This document shows positions 32,390 to 44,544 of a stretch of DNA of 64,000 nucleotides, piece after piece; position 1 is the stretch's first letter, and every line of letters starts with the position of its first letter. The notes below the pieces were generated by a model. The model was not told the DNA's origin and searched no databases. It saw nothing but the letters and a program-made list of their open reading frames with translations. The position numbers and the translations under genes are program-made. The DNA lies in the NCBI GenBank assembly GCA_965644495.1, contig CBFFSA010000013.1, forward strand, positions 124,001-188,000, read 5' to 3'. Source of the stretch: Perkinsela sp. CCAP 1560/9. Taxonomy: Eukaryota; Protista; Euglenozoa: Kinetoplastea.

Positions 32390-33581
32390 GAGGGGGGGGG
32401 GCACGCGTCTGTGGTGATCGGCAGAATATGGCAGAAATGGGCAGTAATCTGCTGTTAACGAGTACTGCAGCGGAGAAAAAGAGTCCCATGTGGAAAACAA
32501 ATCGGTGCCGCTTCGTGACGTAAGTCCTCAGTAACTTAAGCGTGACATCCAGTATGTACTTTGTGCTAAAAAAACAGTTCTTCGCTAAAAATGTACGAAA
32601 ATTATGTTAGATGTGTGTTAAAAGTCTTAAATTTTTAGTATTTGCCTTGTTTTGATTGCAGTTCGAGAGCTTACTTCAGCACATGATTTCTTTTTTACGT
32701 GCACCAAGCAACACACCATGATACGTGATGAGGTCGAGGATTGGCTTTGCAATCCCTTCCTCGCGAAGCGTCACCCGGCATGCAACATAGTCGTCGTAGG
32801 TCCAAACATTAAAAAACAAAATTGAAAAAAATGGGGGGTCCAGGGGGCGCATATGCTCTTTAAAAAATTTATGGTTCGAAATCCAGCGAAGAGAAGTGTT
32901 AGTACGCAGCGGCGATAATTCCCCCCCCCCCCCCACCCCCACTTGGGGGTGACCCCCCCTGGTACGCGCAGGAGGGCCTCGGCAAGTTCGAAATTCCAAA
33001 AGAAATCCAAAAGAAAAGTAAAAATATTATTTTTCCAAAATCGACTCCTAAAACATACAGGGGTGCGAATCTAAAGGTGGGGGGGTCTAAAATTCGTAAA
33101 AGTTGTCCAATTTTGGAAAATAATAAGAGTTTGGGCTACCATTCTACGACGGTTTTTTCGTCAGGTGCGCCTCCTACCCCTACTGGTAAGGCATCAAAGG
33201 CAGCCCAAATTTGGGTCAAAATTTCGTTTTTTTGGCCCAAAAATCGGGCATTTCACCCAAATTGTACAAAAAATTGTATTATTCGTGATCTTTTTGTCAA
33301 TTTTTCTTTTTTAGTCGCTTCATTAAACGCGGAGGTAGTTTTCAACTCGAAGCCCGCAGCATGAGTGACTTCTACGTTGAAAACAACCACCGCGTTTTTT
33401 TATCACATAATACCGGAGGGGTATATAACCACCAAATCAAAAAAAGCTTTTCACACAAAAAAAGCGCGCCGCTTCGCGGCGCGGGGTAGGTTCCAAAAAT
33501 AAAGTACGCCTCAAAAGGACGAAACCCTTGCAATCGGCAGAATATGGCAGAATAGTGCCGCATTGGCGGTGACCCCCTCTC
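32390..33581. mobile_element. GAG-terminated non-autonomous element with 3-bp TSD (ata), PIF/Harbinger-like
   Basis: ata|gagggg...cac ... gtgaccccctctc|ata; subterminal direct repeats atcggcagaatatggcagaa at both ends; contains a diverged hairpin-element copy (about 32820..33394). Confidence 0.6.
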
Positions 33582-33849
33582 ATAGTACTTGGTAAATAGC
33601 AGATAACTTTTCTAGTTAAATAGAACCGAATTTAAACAATTTTTGAAGCTCATCAAGACTGCTATTAACTAAGGGATTTTCTAGGCGAAAGAAATTTACC
33701 CAGACATAACTTTCATACTCTTATAAGGTGGAATTCAAGGAAGATTGCACACTTTTTGAAAAAAAAAGGTAATATCTGTTTTTTCTGAACAAAAATTGTA
33801 CAGAAAAGCATCTTATGAAGTGATATACTTATTGCTACTCACTAAGAAC

Positions 33850-34292
33850 ATTTTTTTCTCGCTTTTCTTGTACTATTTCAATGGTCTGCTCTGGATGCCC
33901 CGACACGAGATGCGCAGAGCAGTTGGCTTTAACGGACGTGGGTGCTTGGAATGATACAAGTGCTCTTATGTAATTAAAATGTCATACAAAATTTGGCGGA
34001 CACGACCCGAGATGCGAAACTAAAACAAATGTTTGTGATTTCCGCACCTGATAGGAGAGCGGAAACGTTGGTACCAATTGTTGAAGAAATGGCTCGTGGA
34101 CCCTGTTGTCGCATCTCGACCGATGGAGCACGCCACAACCAGACAGGTTTCTCAGGCAAGTACCGCTGGATCCAAGTAGTCCATCGGAATGAATGTGTAA
34201 CACCAGAAGGTGTGCACACAAATACCGTTGAGGGAGGCAATTCGATGCCCAAAAAGTACGGAGAAAAGGGAAAAGTGTGCAATCTTCCTTGA
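33850..34292 (+). pseudogene. Merlin transposase fragment
   Basis: PDRRAETLVPIV, ISTDG, VVH..VTPEGVHTNTVEG. Confidence 0.85.
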
Positions 34293-34852
34293 ATGTAACC
34301 TCTTATAATAATATTTTCTCAAAACACATAGAGTCATGCTATATCTTTCTTAACGTCGATTTCTTAACCTTCGATTTACTAGCTACTAATTTGGGCGGGG
34401 GCTTTAGGCCTTGCCATGCAGGTGGAATGCCTTCCTGTAGGTGCAACATACCCCTTCCGGGTCGATGGGTAATTACCCATTAGCGGGTCTGTGCGGGTAA
34501 ATTACCCGGGTCTGTGACCCAGTTACCCGCACCGACCCACACAGACCCGCATCGGCGCACTAGCCATTAAATACAAAATGATTTCCTCTCAAGTGTGCTG
34601 ATTCGTAGGATTGGCACGGAATGCTCTATGTACAGAAACGGTATCTTTAGCGATGAGGAATTCCTTCCATAAGAAGAATTCCTTCTACTGATTTGCTTGT
34701 GTCGCCCATCTATTTTTTTTTTTTTGGTGTGAACCCCCTAGGCCCACCGGAAGCCTACCCCCTAACACTGCAATGGTACCAATTTTTTCTATTTTTTTTG
34801 GCCAGTCGAGTTTACCCTCGAGTCTTAGCAAACTAAGGTGAAACTATAAAGA

Positions 34853-37794
34853 CATACCCCTGCCGGGTAAATGGGTAATTACCCGGGTAAATTACCCATT
34901 TACCCGCTTTATCCACGTTTACCCGCTCGATGACAGGAACTGAAAAGTTGTACCTTAAATGATTTTGAATGTTTTATTTTTGTATATCTATCAGAAAAAT
35001 CTCAGATTCTTTTTCCTTCAATCATAATATCATTTACTTTGCTGATAGCGTTGCACTTTTATCTTCTATTTATTACATGCCCAAACGAAGATCATCGACA
35101 GTCAGTACGCCCGAACCGATCGTTTCATCTGAATCAAGCTCTGAGGATGAGATAGTGACCCCGGACCCAAAGCGATCAAAGCGAAACGAGCGGCACAAGA
35201 TGACGGTGAAGTCTTTGTCTGGGCACTTTAATTTGGCTCGTTGCCCGCCAAACTGTCCGCATGAACACGCGGATGTTCTCACAGACCCCCTTAACCAAAA
35301 AGTACACTTTGTGTGCACGACAGAGGGTTGCACGTTTCAATCTCATTGCCGATTTAAAAACGTCTATCATAAGCATGTACGCAAGTGTCGTGAGGGCGTG
35401 GAGCGAGCTCGCTTGGCGACTGCGCAGGTTTCGTTTATTCAGAGAGCGGCCGTTCAAAGATTCGCTGGGAAGGTGCTCCCATGTCTACAAACCCTAACAA
35501 ACCTTCCGTCGAGTAAATTCGTTTGGCTGATTCGCAAGTATGAGGATCTCCGCCCCGACCTTCCACCGAATGTTATCAAAGAGGCTATTCCGGAAACAAA
35601 TTTGAAGAAGTGGCATCAACACTGTGAAATTTTATCCCACGAAGTCTGGGAGAAGCTTTGCGCTGCCATTGACTTACACATGGTGTACGGAATTGCCGTT
35701 GATGCAGGAATCGACCGAGCTAAGTCTGAGCACATTTTATTGTCCGTCTTATATGTAGGCCCTGAAGAATACGTCTTACCTCCCATTTATTCTCCTAGTC
35801 ATCGTGCTTTTGATGGAAAAACAGTAGCCGAACAACTAGTGTTTACTCTTCAGGCGAATCTTGGTGAGCACCGACTTTTAAAGCTAAAATTCATGATCGC
35901 GGACGGAAGTTCTGTGAATCACGTGGCACGTAACAATTGCGAAGGAGCTCTCAAACGCATATATGACCAAATTTCCCCGATTGGGGAGAGTGACACTGCA
36001 GCACTTCAGCAAGGCATATCTTCTCGTGTCCCTTCGATAATACTCCTGTCTTGCATAGGTCATATGCTGAATAACATTTGCCAAACGACCTTGAAGCCCT
36101 ACGAAGAGTCACCGTGCTTTCTTTTCAAAAAAGCGTTCAGTCAGTCCTTTTATTCAGGAGGACGAGCGAGTGCAGCAAAAGGGAAATACAAGGGAGTTGC
36201 TCTGGATCTCGCTCTGGCTCGCTTCGATCAGGGAGTTCTGAAGGCGGAAGAAACCTTCCGTCAATCGTACCATGGCCTTGGGGAGGATGCCCCAGTTTTC
36301 TGCCGTCAACAACTACAATCTACTCTAATCGGATGCCTCGAAAAGCTGAAGGAGGTATCTCCGGACATGTCCAATTCTCTAATTGCCACACTGTCATGCA
36401 ATGTCACGTCATGGTACGAGAAGCATCGCCAGCTTCTTGCTCAGGGACCGAAATTGATTAGTGCTTTGCAAGTAGCGCGTGAAACTGAGGGTGTCGAAAC
36501 TCCGAAGCTCGGAGGTGTGACGCGCTGGTGTCAGGATAAGTTTACATGTATGCAATTTTTGGCGAAGAATATGGACACAGTATCGGCATTTGTGTACAGC
36601 GAAAGTGAAAAGGCACGGGCGTCAAAGCCCATTATTAAGTGTAAGCGTTTGCTGGACCGGTACGGAGCTTTGGAAATTAAAGCAAGCTGCTTTATTTCTT
36701 GAACAATGCAGCGTTTTGCATTCAGCATTGAACGAATTTTCAGACATGTTGGGGAAACCGATGGCAACTCATGTCGGAACTACGCTGCAGCTCTTGTTCG
36801 AACATAGCGAAAGTGACGAAGCGCCCTCGCGAATGCGAGAAGCACTTCTTTATCACAAGACTCGTCTACAAAAAAATCATAATATGCGCTTTTGGAACGA
36901 TGTTCTCTGGTTCCGTCCCGGATGGATCGTTCAGTTCGCTCGTCCTTGTGGTCTTCTCCCCATCTCGGTAGCTCGAGCAAATAATGTTTTTGACAAAAAT
37001 GCGGACGGTCCGTCGGCCGAGCAGCCGATCTTTCGTATTTCATCCGATGAGTGGGAAAAATACTTAGCATGCCTCGATTTCAGTTGGGATCCGTCTAAGT
37101 TCAGCAACGAGTACGAATGGTGGTGTGGTCCTGGGTGTGAAATGTTCCCAGCGATTTACGAAGCTGCCGTACACTACGTTTGGACGCCACCCCTGGTCAA
37201 CAAGTGCGACTCCTGGCTTTCCGTGCTTGGATATATGTATAGCTCACGCCAGGCCTCCCTTACTCCCGATGTTGTATCGCACCAGATATTCGTGCGAGGA
37301 AATTGCGACAAGCTAGGATATATGACTCAAGGTGATTTTGATTCGCTGGAAAATGATAGTGAGCTTGAATCATTGTCAGATACAGAACATAACTGACTTA
37401 ACATTATGTGGATTGTACGCAGTAGTTGTATTTGATTTTAGTACAGTGATTACTATACAGTATAGTATTAGTACTGTATGAAGCGGGGATTAGCCCGCCA
37501 GGTCAAGAAAAAAATAAAAACAAATAAAAAAAAATAAAATTGTTTGGTTTAGGGGATAGGAAAGGGGGGAAACCGAATGAAAGACGGATTTTTCCTTCTA
37601 TGGATTGAGATACTGTTTCTGTAGCGACAACTTGCTCAGCAAAGTTGGCACAGTCATCGAGCTTTATTCTAGTACGGGATCGTATGGTTGGTTGGTAAAT
37701 CTGGGTGAAAGCGGGTAAATGGGTCAATGACCCGGGTAAATTACCCGAGTTTACCACCACGTGGGTAATTACCCATTTACCCGGCAGGGGTATG
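34853..37794 (+). mobile_element. Full-length hAT-like transposon, 32-bp TIR, 6-bp TSD taaaga
   Basis: taaaga|catacccctgccgggtaaatgggtaattaccc ... gggtaattacccatttacccggcaggggtatg|taaaga. Confidence 0.92.
35077..37396 (+). pseudogene. hAT-like transposase with a single frameshift near 36693
   Basis: N-terminal Cys/His cluster, IAVDAGID, MIADGSSVN, SCIGHMLNN (CxxH), VTRW, and a dimerisation-like C-terminus EWW..FPAI..WTPPLVNKCDSWLS..RQASL. Confidence 0.85.
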
Positions 37795-39262
37795 TAAAGA
37801 ATCACCACATAGAAAACATTTATACGGCAGTGTATGATACTGTGATACTATGCATAGCATTAATATTAACCATAAAATATTATGCATTAATCATTACTGC
37901 ATAACAGATTCATATTCTTCGACATCAGGTACTTCAACATCGCTACCATCCTGAGAAACACCTTCGTCCGGAAGAATATAACCCAATTTGTCGCAATTTC
38001 CACGTACGAAGATCTGGTGAGAAACGACATCAGGAGCCAGGGAAGCCTGTCTGGAACTGTACATGTACCCGATTATAGACAGCCACGAATCACATCTGTT
38101 AACTAAGGGAGGCGTCCATACGTAGTGCGTAGCCGCTTCGCAAACAGAGGGAAACATCTCACTTCCGGGACCACACCACTCGTACTCGTTCAGAAATACC
38201 GTCGGATCCCAACCATAATCGGAGCAGGAGACATACTTCGACCACTCGTCAGCCGAGATTTCAAAGATCGGAGTTTCAGCAGATGTTCCATCCGCATTCT
38301 TATCAAATATGTTGTTCGCTCGACCCACTGAAATGGGTTGTAATGCGCATGGACGAGCGAATTGCACGATCCACGCTGGGAGAAACCATAGAATATCGCT
38401 CCAAAATCGCATGTTATGGTTATTCTGCAAGCGCTTTTTGTGATAAATCAAAGATTCTTTCAGAAGTTCCGGTGCAGATTCACTCTCGCTGTGCTCGAAT
38501 AAAAGTTGCAGCGTTGTTCCAACGTGCGTGGCCATTGGCTTACCAGCATTGTCCGAAAATTTACGCAAGGCGCTGTGTAGGATCTTGCATTGCTGCAGAA
38601 AATCTTCGCAACTGGCATCGATCGCCCTGAAACCCAACTGATCCAGCAAACGTTTACATTTCAGTATGGAGGGTGAAGCCTTGGGCTTCTCACTTTCATT
38701 GTGAACAAATGCCGAGACAGTGGCCATGTTCTCGGCCAAGAACTGCATGCAGGTGAATTTGTCGGTACACCATCGTGCTACACCTCCTAGCTTCGGTGTT
38801 TGAATTCCCCGAGTTTCCCGTACCGCTTGTAAGGACTTCAGCAACTTTACTCCCTCAGAGAGTAGGAGACAATGCTTCTCTTTCCACGTTTTTTGATCTG
38901 TTGACAGTGCCTCAATTATTGTTTCCGACTCGCACGGTGAAACGTCCTTTAATTTCGACACACATTCAAGCAGGGTGTTCTGTAGTTTTTTTCGACAGAA
39001 GGTAGAAACATCTTCGCCAAGTCCATGATATGATTGTCGAAACGTTTCTTCTGCTTTTAGGACACTTCGATCGAAATGGGCGAGCGCCAAATCCAGGGCA
39101 ACACCCCGATATTTGCCTTTCATGGCGCTTGCACGTCCTCCGGAGTAAAAAGCTTGACTGAAAGCTTTTTTAAAGGCGAAGCATGGGAGCTCTTCGTATG
39201 GTTTCAAGGCTGTTTTGGCAAACATTGTTTAGCATATGTCCGATGCAAGATAGGAGCACTGC

Positions 39263-39761
39263 AATGGAAGCTTGCCCTTCACTGTTCCCGTTAGTTCGGG
39301 ATTGTTCGTGAGGTTAAAGGCTCCAAAATCGCGCTCTTGCAGTATAGCGAGATCCACGTGACCACTAAAACAACAGTTTGATAGGCCCAACACCGTGAGA
39401 AATGGGGGGAAATTCTCAAAACAAAGTGCTCCCGAGAACAATTGTTGCCGATCAACATTTTCGTGAGGGCTTCGGGGAGAACAGAAAAATCTACCCCCCC
39501 TCGCAGCTTATTTCTTTGCAAACCAAAATTTCTCAAGGTAGAAGGCAGATATTTCCACTCTACTGTACCTTGAAGTTTTAGTTCAGTCCAAATAAGGGCA
39601 TGAACTTCATTCTCGATATAGCAATACGCACCCATCCACTTACATGCAGGCGTGTCTGTTGTCCATGAGGGGTGGGGGTTTTCTATACCACGGATGAAAT
39701 TCGCCAGCAGATATTCGTTTGGAAGAAAGGTACCACGTACCTTGGCGGGGCGTGACTCCAT
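39263..39761 (-). pseudogene. LRR pseudogene (frameshift near 39435; 3' end fused to the hAT fragment)
   Basis: SRPAKVRGTFLPNEYLL, WTTDTPACKW cap; LRRs continue in a second frame. Confidence 0.8.
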
Positions 39762-40056
39762 GGTATATTGAAGGAATAATACTAGAAAGTGACTAGATAC
39801 AAGAAACTGTACAATTCACTTTTTAAACTCAATGCTGATCGCTATTTAATCATGGGCTTAATACAGTTAAAGACGTAAACGCCAGGAGGCAAAAAGTTTG
39901 ATAATACAACTGTGACTCCCCGCATACATGTATAGTGGCGCGGGTTTGGGAGAAACGGTACCACATACATATGTATGTGGGGGGTCGAATGTGCAAGAAA
40001 AAACATTTAAGAAAACTTATCCACTAAAGAAAGCAAACTAATTTGGTTTGCTCGTA

Positions 40057-41631
40057 TCATGTAAGTGCTCTACTTGCACGATTAAGTGTGCTTTGAGACA
40101 AGCCCAATTTTTTACTTTTCAATTGCGCTATATACGCTAAGTACTCATCTCTGGTTTTCTGTACTTTTTTAAGTTCGTCATGTAAAATTTCCTCATTTTG
40201 CTCATCATGCGCCATTTGCTGAACTTGCAGCTCCAAACTTTCAACATCTCGTTCACACATTTCTTTCTTTCTATGACATGCAGAAATCAATAATTCGATA
40301 GAGGAACGCCAATATGCATCGTAACGACGCGTCCGTGATTGAACTCGAAATATTTCGGACTCAAGTTTTTGCTGGTCCTCCTTCACATCGAAGATAAAAG
40401 ACCGACTGTAATCTTGAAACTTAGTTTTAATCTCATCCGTATCACGTAGGACTTGCTGGACGTGCGAAAGTGTTTTCTCTAAAAGGCGTTCATGATTCTG
40501 CAAGGCAGAATGTTGTCGAGTGCGTTGCATTCTTACAGATTTCTTATCACATGCAAGTTGCATGTATTTTCTTGTATCTGCTTCATGTTGTTCCGTTAAA
40601 TCTTCTATTTGAGAGAGACTTTCGGCCACATGATTCCATAACTGGTCCCTCTTCTGGGAAGTAGCCTGCATACGTTTGCTAAGAAACTCTTGTGTTGTGT
40701 AGACGTTATCATCATCGGTTGAACACAAATACACTTTAAACCTTGAAAGCTTTTGTAAGTCTGATTCTGCTCTTTGTTGCAATTGTTCTACCGAACTTCG
40801 AATTTCGTACGTGCATGTGGATACTTGCCTAATAGGCTCATTGAATACGTCAATGTCAGAGAAATTACGTAATTTGTTGGTGTGAAGGCCCAATGAATGT
40901 ACTTTGCGATGCAGAAACCTCAAGTGTGACTCGATTCGTTCAGAAAGAAAGTTTTCCTCTCGTTTATTGTCCGAAAGTCTTCTTTCAGGGATAGAATTCT
41001 CAGAGGTGCCCTTCAAGCTTAAGGGACGACGCAACATTGCTTGTCTCTGAGCAAAAGAATCGTCGATCTCGGAACTCGTTTTCTCATTTTCATCAGAATC
41101 TTTTGAGGTCTCCAAAATATGGTGGCGCAATTCTAAAAATTCCGTTATTTTATGAAGTTCTGCCTTGACGATCGCCAGCAATGCATTCTGCTCTTTGGAA
41201 TTTTCCAAGAAAATATTTTTCATTAGGCGAATAACCCCTTTCATACTATCAATTGCTTTGTGTAACGAAATGTGCATGCTGTTAGTGATATTCGACAAAT
41301 GAGAAAGTTCGAGCTCTAAAGTACCATAGTAAGAGTCCCCCAGAGTTGATTGCAGGGGAACAGTGCTCTCCCATAGTTCGTGTGGCCAAACTTCTAACCC
41401 GATTTCCTTCATCAATTTAAATTCATCTTGCTCTGCAATGTCTTCAAACTCAATTTGATTTATTGCTTCAATTTGTTGTACTATCTTTTCCGAAGTGAAA
41501 TTTTTTCGAGCATCCTTCACGGACTCTCTGACAGCTTTGAGTAACTTTATATTGAATTCTTTTTGGGCAACCCAATTTTCATTCCAATGTTGCGGTGTCG
41601 TTTTATTCTTTCCTGCCCCCGAAGTTTCCAT
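40057..41631 (-). CDS. Divergent paraflagellar rod (PFR/PAR) family coiled-coil protein
   Basis: QKEFNIKL, KLMKEIGLEV..ELW, ESDL.KL, K.D..W and H..LLE align co-linearly with PFR1/2 motifs QKIHNLKL, KLMRVCGLEL..ELY, EDDL..L, KQDEAW and HKKLLE (recalled sequence). Confidence 0.72.
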   Translation of the reverse strand: METSGAGKNKTTPQHWNENWVAQKEFNIKLLKAVRESVKDARKNFTSEKIVQQIEAINQIEFEDIAEQDEFKLMKEIGLEVWPHELWESTVPLQSTLGDSYYGTLELELSHLSNITNSMHISLHKAIDSMKGVIRLMKNIFLENSKEQNALLAIVKAELHKITEFLELRHHILETSKDSDENEKTSSEIDDSFAQRQAMLRRPLSLKGTSENSIPERRLSDNKREENFLSERIESHLRFLHRKVHSLGLHTNKLRNFSDIDVFNEPIRQVSTCTYEIRSSVEQLQQRAESDLQKLSRFKVYLCSTDDDNVYTTQEFLSKRMQATSQKRDQLWNHVAESLSQIEDLTEQHEADTRKYMQLACDKKSVRMQRTRQHSALQNHERLLEKTLSHVQQVLRDTDEIKTKFQDYSRSFIFDVKEDQQKLESEIFRVQSRTRRYDAYWRSSIELLISACHRKKEMCERDVESLELQVQQMAHDEQNEEILHDELKKVQKTRDEYLAYIAQLKSKKLGLSQSTLNRASRALT

Positions 41632-42042
41632 ACAGAAAATATAATACTGGTATACTGCACGTAAAAAAATCTTTTTAATAATTGTAAGGCTATTTACTGT
41701 GACTAGGGTAGACGAGCGTACAGTATAATCTGCTTAAAATATTTAAAAATTAACATGAAGATAAAATATGAGCGCTATACAAGTATCTTCTTTAAACACA
41801 CACTGAGAGTACGACGTCGCAGTTCCAAGTCGCAAATCTGGAATTCTGGCATACCGATTTAGAATGGCGAAAATGGATTACATGAATACGGTTTCGTTTT
41901 CAGAACTTATTAAATAACAGAAATATTTCTCCCGTAAGAAATAATTATGAAAACGAAAGACAAATTGGCATCACGTCAGTAATTGTAAAAAAATGCAAAA
42001 TATGGTATAATATTCATAATATTCTTTTTAGGGGTCCGTCTT

Positions 42043-42948
42043 TTATATACGTTGCAGTTCCGTCGAAATGTTGTAAGGAATATTCTCTCCAAAGCTTGTT
42101 AGCTGATTCCGGGTAAGGTCAACCCAGAACAGATTCGGTGGTAGGCTACTGAGATCTACACTTCCCTCATACATATTCTTTTGCAGGTGCAAATACCGCA
42201 AACTTTCCGGAAGATTCGCTAAATTAATTTTGCCTTCAAAGCGATTGCAATCTAGTCCCAAGTTGTTTAGATTAGGCGGGAGTGCTGTGAGGTCTGTATT
42301 TCCACAGAAGCGGTTCCCAGAAAGACGTATGCGAATTAATGTGCGTGGAAGATTTGTTAAAGAAACCTCTCCAGCGAATTCATTCGAAGACAGTCGTAGG
42401 TCCATAAGACTCGGAGGAAGATAATTCAAAGAAATTTCCCCCGATAATTGATTATCCGAAAGAATCAAAACATTGAGATCATGCGGTAAATGATTCAAGT
42501 CAATCGACCCTTCGAAGTTATTTTCTGCGAGACAAAGTATTTTCATAATTCGTGGCATCTCCGACAAGTCCAGCTGGCTTACTAATTCACAATCACTTAA
42601 GTATAGAGTGTGTATTTTTTCCGACAAACAACCAAGAGGCAATGACCCCCCTAATTTGTTACGAGAACCTCGAAAGTGCTCGAGTGAGCGTGGCATGTTC
42701 TCCCAGGAAAGCGGACCGCGTAGGCCAATAGAAGCCCAGTTCAGCTCGAGTAGTATACGCTCGTCATCGCAGCGCGCTCCGTACCATTCACAAGCCTCTG
42801 TGTTAGGGGTCCATGTTGGCTCGCTGTGCGAGACATTTCGAACGAAACGAACTAATTCGTACTCTGTGGGAAGCACAGACCCCCGGACTTTACCGGAACG
42901 AGTTAAAGGTGTAGTGTAATCAAAGTCAGCAGCAGAAACTGTGATCAT
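42043..42948 (-). CDS. Leucine-rich repeat protein
   Basis: TRSGKVRGSVLPTEYEL, WTPNTEACEWYGARC cap and 24-aa LRRs. Confidence 0.92.
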   Translation of the reverse strand: MITVSAADFDYTTPLTRSGKVRGSVLPTEYELVRFVRNVSHSEPTWTPNTEACEWYGARCDDERILLELNWASIGLRGPLSWENMPRSLEHFRGSRNKLGGSLPLGCLSEKIHTLYLSDCELVSQLDLSEMPRIMKILCLAENNFEGSIDLNHLPHDLNVLILSDNQLSGEISLNYLPPSLMDLRLSSNEFAGEVSLTNLPRTLIRIRLSGNRFCGNTDLTALPPNLNNLGLDCNRFEGKINLANLPESLRYLHLQKNMYEGSVDLSSLPPNLFWVDLTRNQLTSFGENIPYNISTELQRI

Positions 42949-43191
42949 GTGAGAAGAAATACAAACAAATGTGGTATTGCGGTTTTAATGGGAAGTGACC
43001 GAAGAAAAAAGCGGTTTGATAGTTATGGTGGATTACATAGATGTAGATTTACCAAAAAGAGTGTCTTTCTGTCTTATCTAAAGTACCTCGTAATGCCAAA
43101 ATGAAAGTATGGAACGTGCTGCATATCAAATAAAATTATGTGTTTCGTAAAACGTTGTCCAATGATTTGACGAGTTTGGAGGAAAGCTCTC

Positions 43192-43764
43192 CTATGAGAC
43201 TCCTATGAGACGTAAATGGTGCTGCAGAAACGACATAGCTTCTGGAGGGTAGAGAACCCCTTTTGATGAATAAAAACCGCAAAGCTTCCGCTCGACGTCC
43301 AGTGCCGCTTGAGACGAAACTGAGGCGCCGTAGATCCCCGTCCACTTTCCCAAAGTGGAGGATTCAAAAGTGACAAATCGAACTCGTACAGACTCTCTAT
43401 TTTCAGTTAAGTCAGTGGTTACTTGTAACACATACGGATGTTTTGCTGTAGGAGAGGTTACGAGAAGAGATTTCCTCTCTACAACGGACCCTACGAACCA
43501 AAGAACGACGCTCTGAGCATAATAGCAAGCAATACAAAATGCCATAAGAGTTGTTACTTTGAATAACGGATAGTAAACAGAGTAAACGTGAAGAGCTATT
43601 GCGGTAAAAATTGCGGAAGCACTAAGTAGCTGACGTAACGTCCAAGCAGTACGGTTCTCCACAAAACCATATTGTGTTACAAGAATCTCGTGAATGCATT
43701 CATCGAGTCGCCGATGCATTTGCTCGGGATCGTTAACCGGTACTGGCGCAGCAAGGTCAATCAT
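43192..43764 (-). CDS. SPCS2: Signal peptidase complex subunit 2 (SPC25)
   Basis: First ATG at 43764; LDE.I..IL....GFVEN, two hydrophobic helices, and C-terminal FYSSKGVL. Confidence 0.75.
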   Translation of the reverse strand: MIDLAAPVPVNDPEQMHRRLDECIHEILVTQYGFVENRTAWTLRQLLSASAIFTAIALHVYSVYYPLFKVTTLMAFCIACYYAQSVVLWFVGSVVERKSLLVTSPTAKHPYVLQVTTDLTENRESVRVRFVTFESSTLGKWTGIYGASVSSQAALDVERKLCGFYSSKGVLYPPEAMSFLQHHLRLIGVS

Positions 43765-44544
43765 ATCACAAGTGTTATACAAACAATCGAAGAAAAGTAT
43801 ATGAAACAAGTACGGAAATGAGTATACGAAGGGAAGGGAAGAGATTTCTTCAACGAAGTTAAAATTGTCGAATAGGCTACGTATGCAAAGGTGCACGATT
43901 CAATTCCAAAGAGCATGAAAACAAAAATATTTAGCAATCTTCTTTTACTACACCTTTCTCTGTTTTAAGAAAGTTTAAGGTTTCTTACTTAGTTCGCGGT
44001 GTACGCCGCGAACAAGTCGCCTGTTTCTGCTTGATAACTAATAATAGATTTGAAATCATTTAGGCGTGTACGCTCCTTAATATTGGGATACTTACGTTAC
44101 CTCCTGCAGCATACTTGTATGTACATCACATAGTCTCTTACAATGTAAGATGGATGTAAGATGGACAGAATATGGAAGGAAAAACTGAACACTTTACTCG
44201 GATGAGCTGATTGCTTGTATTGCTTGCCATATGCGTAAAATATAGATTACAGTTCCTGCCCAACAGTATTAACACAATGTACTGCTCAACATCTCAAATG
44301 ACTTTTGGTTCAGTGACATTGGACTTCACGATCCAGACAATTCCCTTCATACTGCATAGCTCAACTTCATGCTGTATTGCTTGTATCCTGATGTAAATGA
44401 GTAGCATTGTTTCCCCAGGTAGAGGAAGATCCAATCAGAAAAAAACCATCGAAAATGCTTACCCTAACAAGAAAAGGTAAAAACCTACGAAGGACCATTT
44501 GCCTAACGACAGTTCACAGAAAGGCTCGGGTACTTCTTACAGGA

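Larger units (their letters stand above)
34447..39262 (-). mobile_element. 5'-truncated hAT-like element (outer): transposase 37894..39262, 3' TIR at 34447
   Basis: TIR cataccccttccgggt..atgggtaattaccc; ORF homologous to the inner element from LLSCIGHM onward; interrupted by 34853..37794. Confidence 0.8.

Noticed and set aside
39795-39815. Relict SL upstream of LRR genes (tacagtttcttgta; acagtttctg at about 42935)
   Set aside because: Matches of about 10 nt are within chance expectation.
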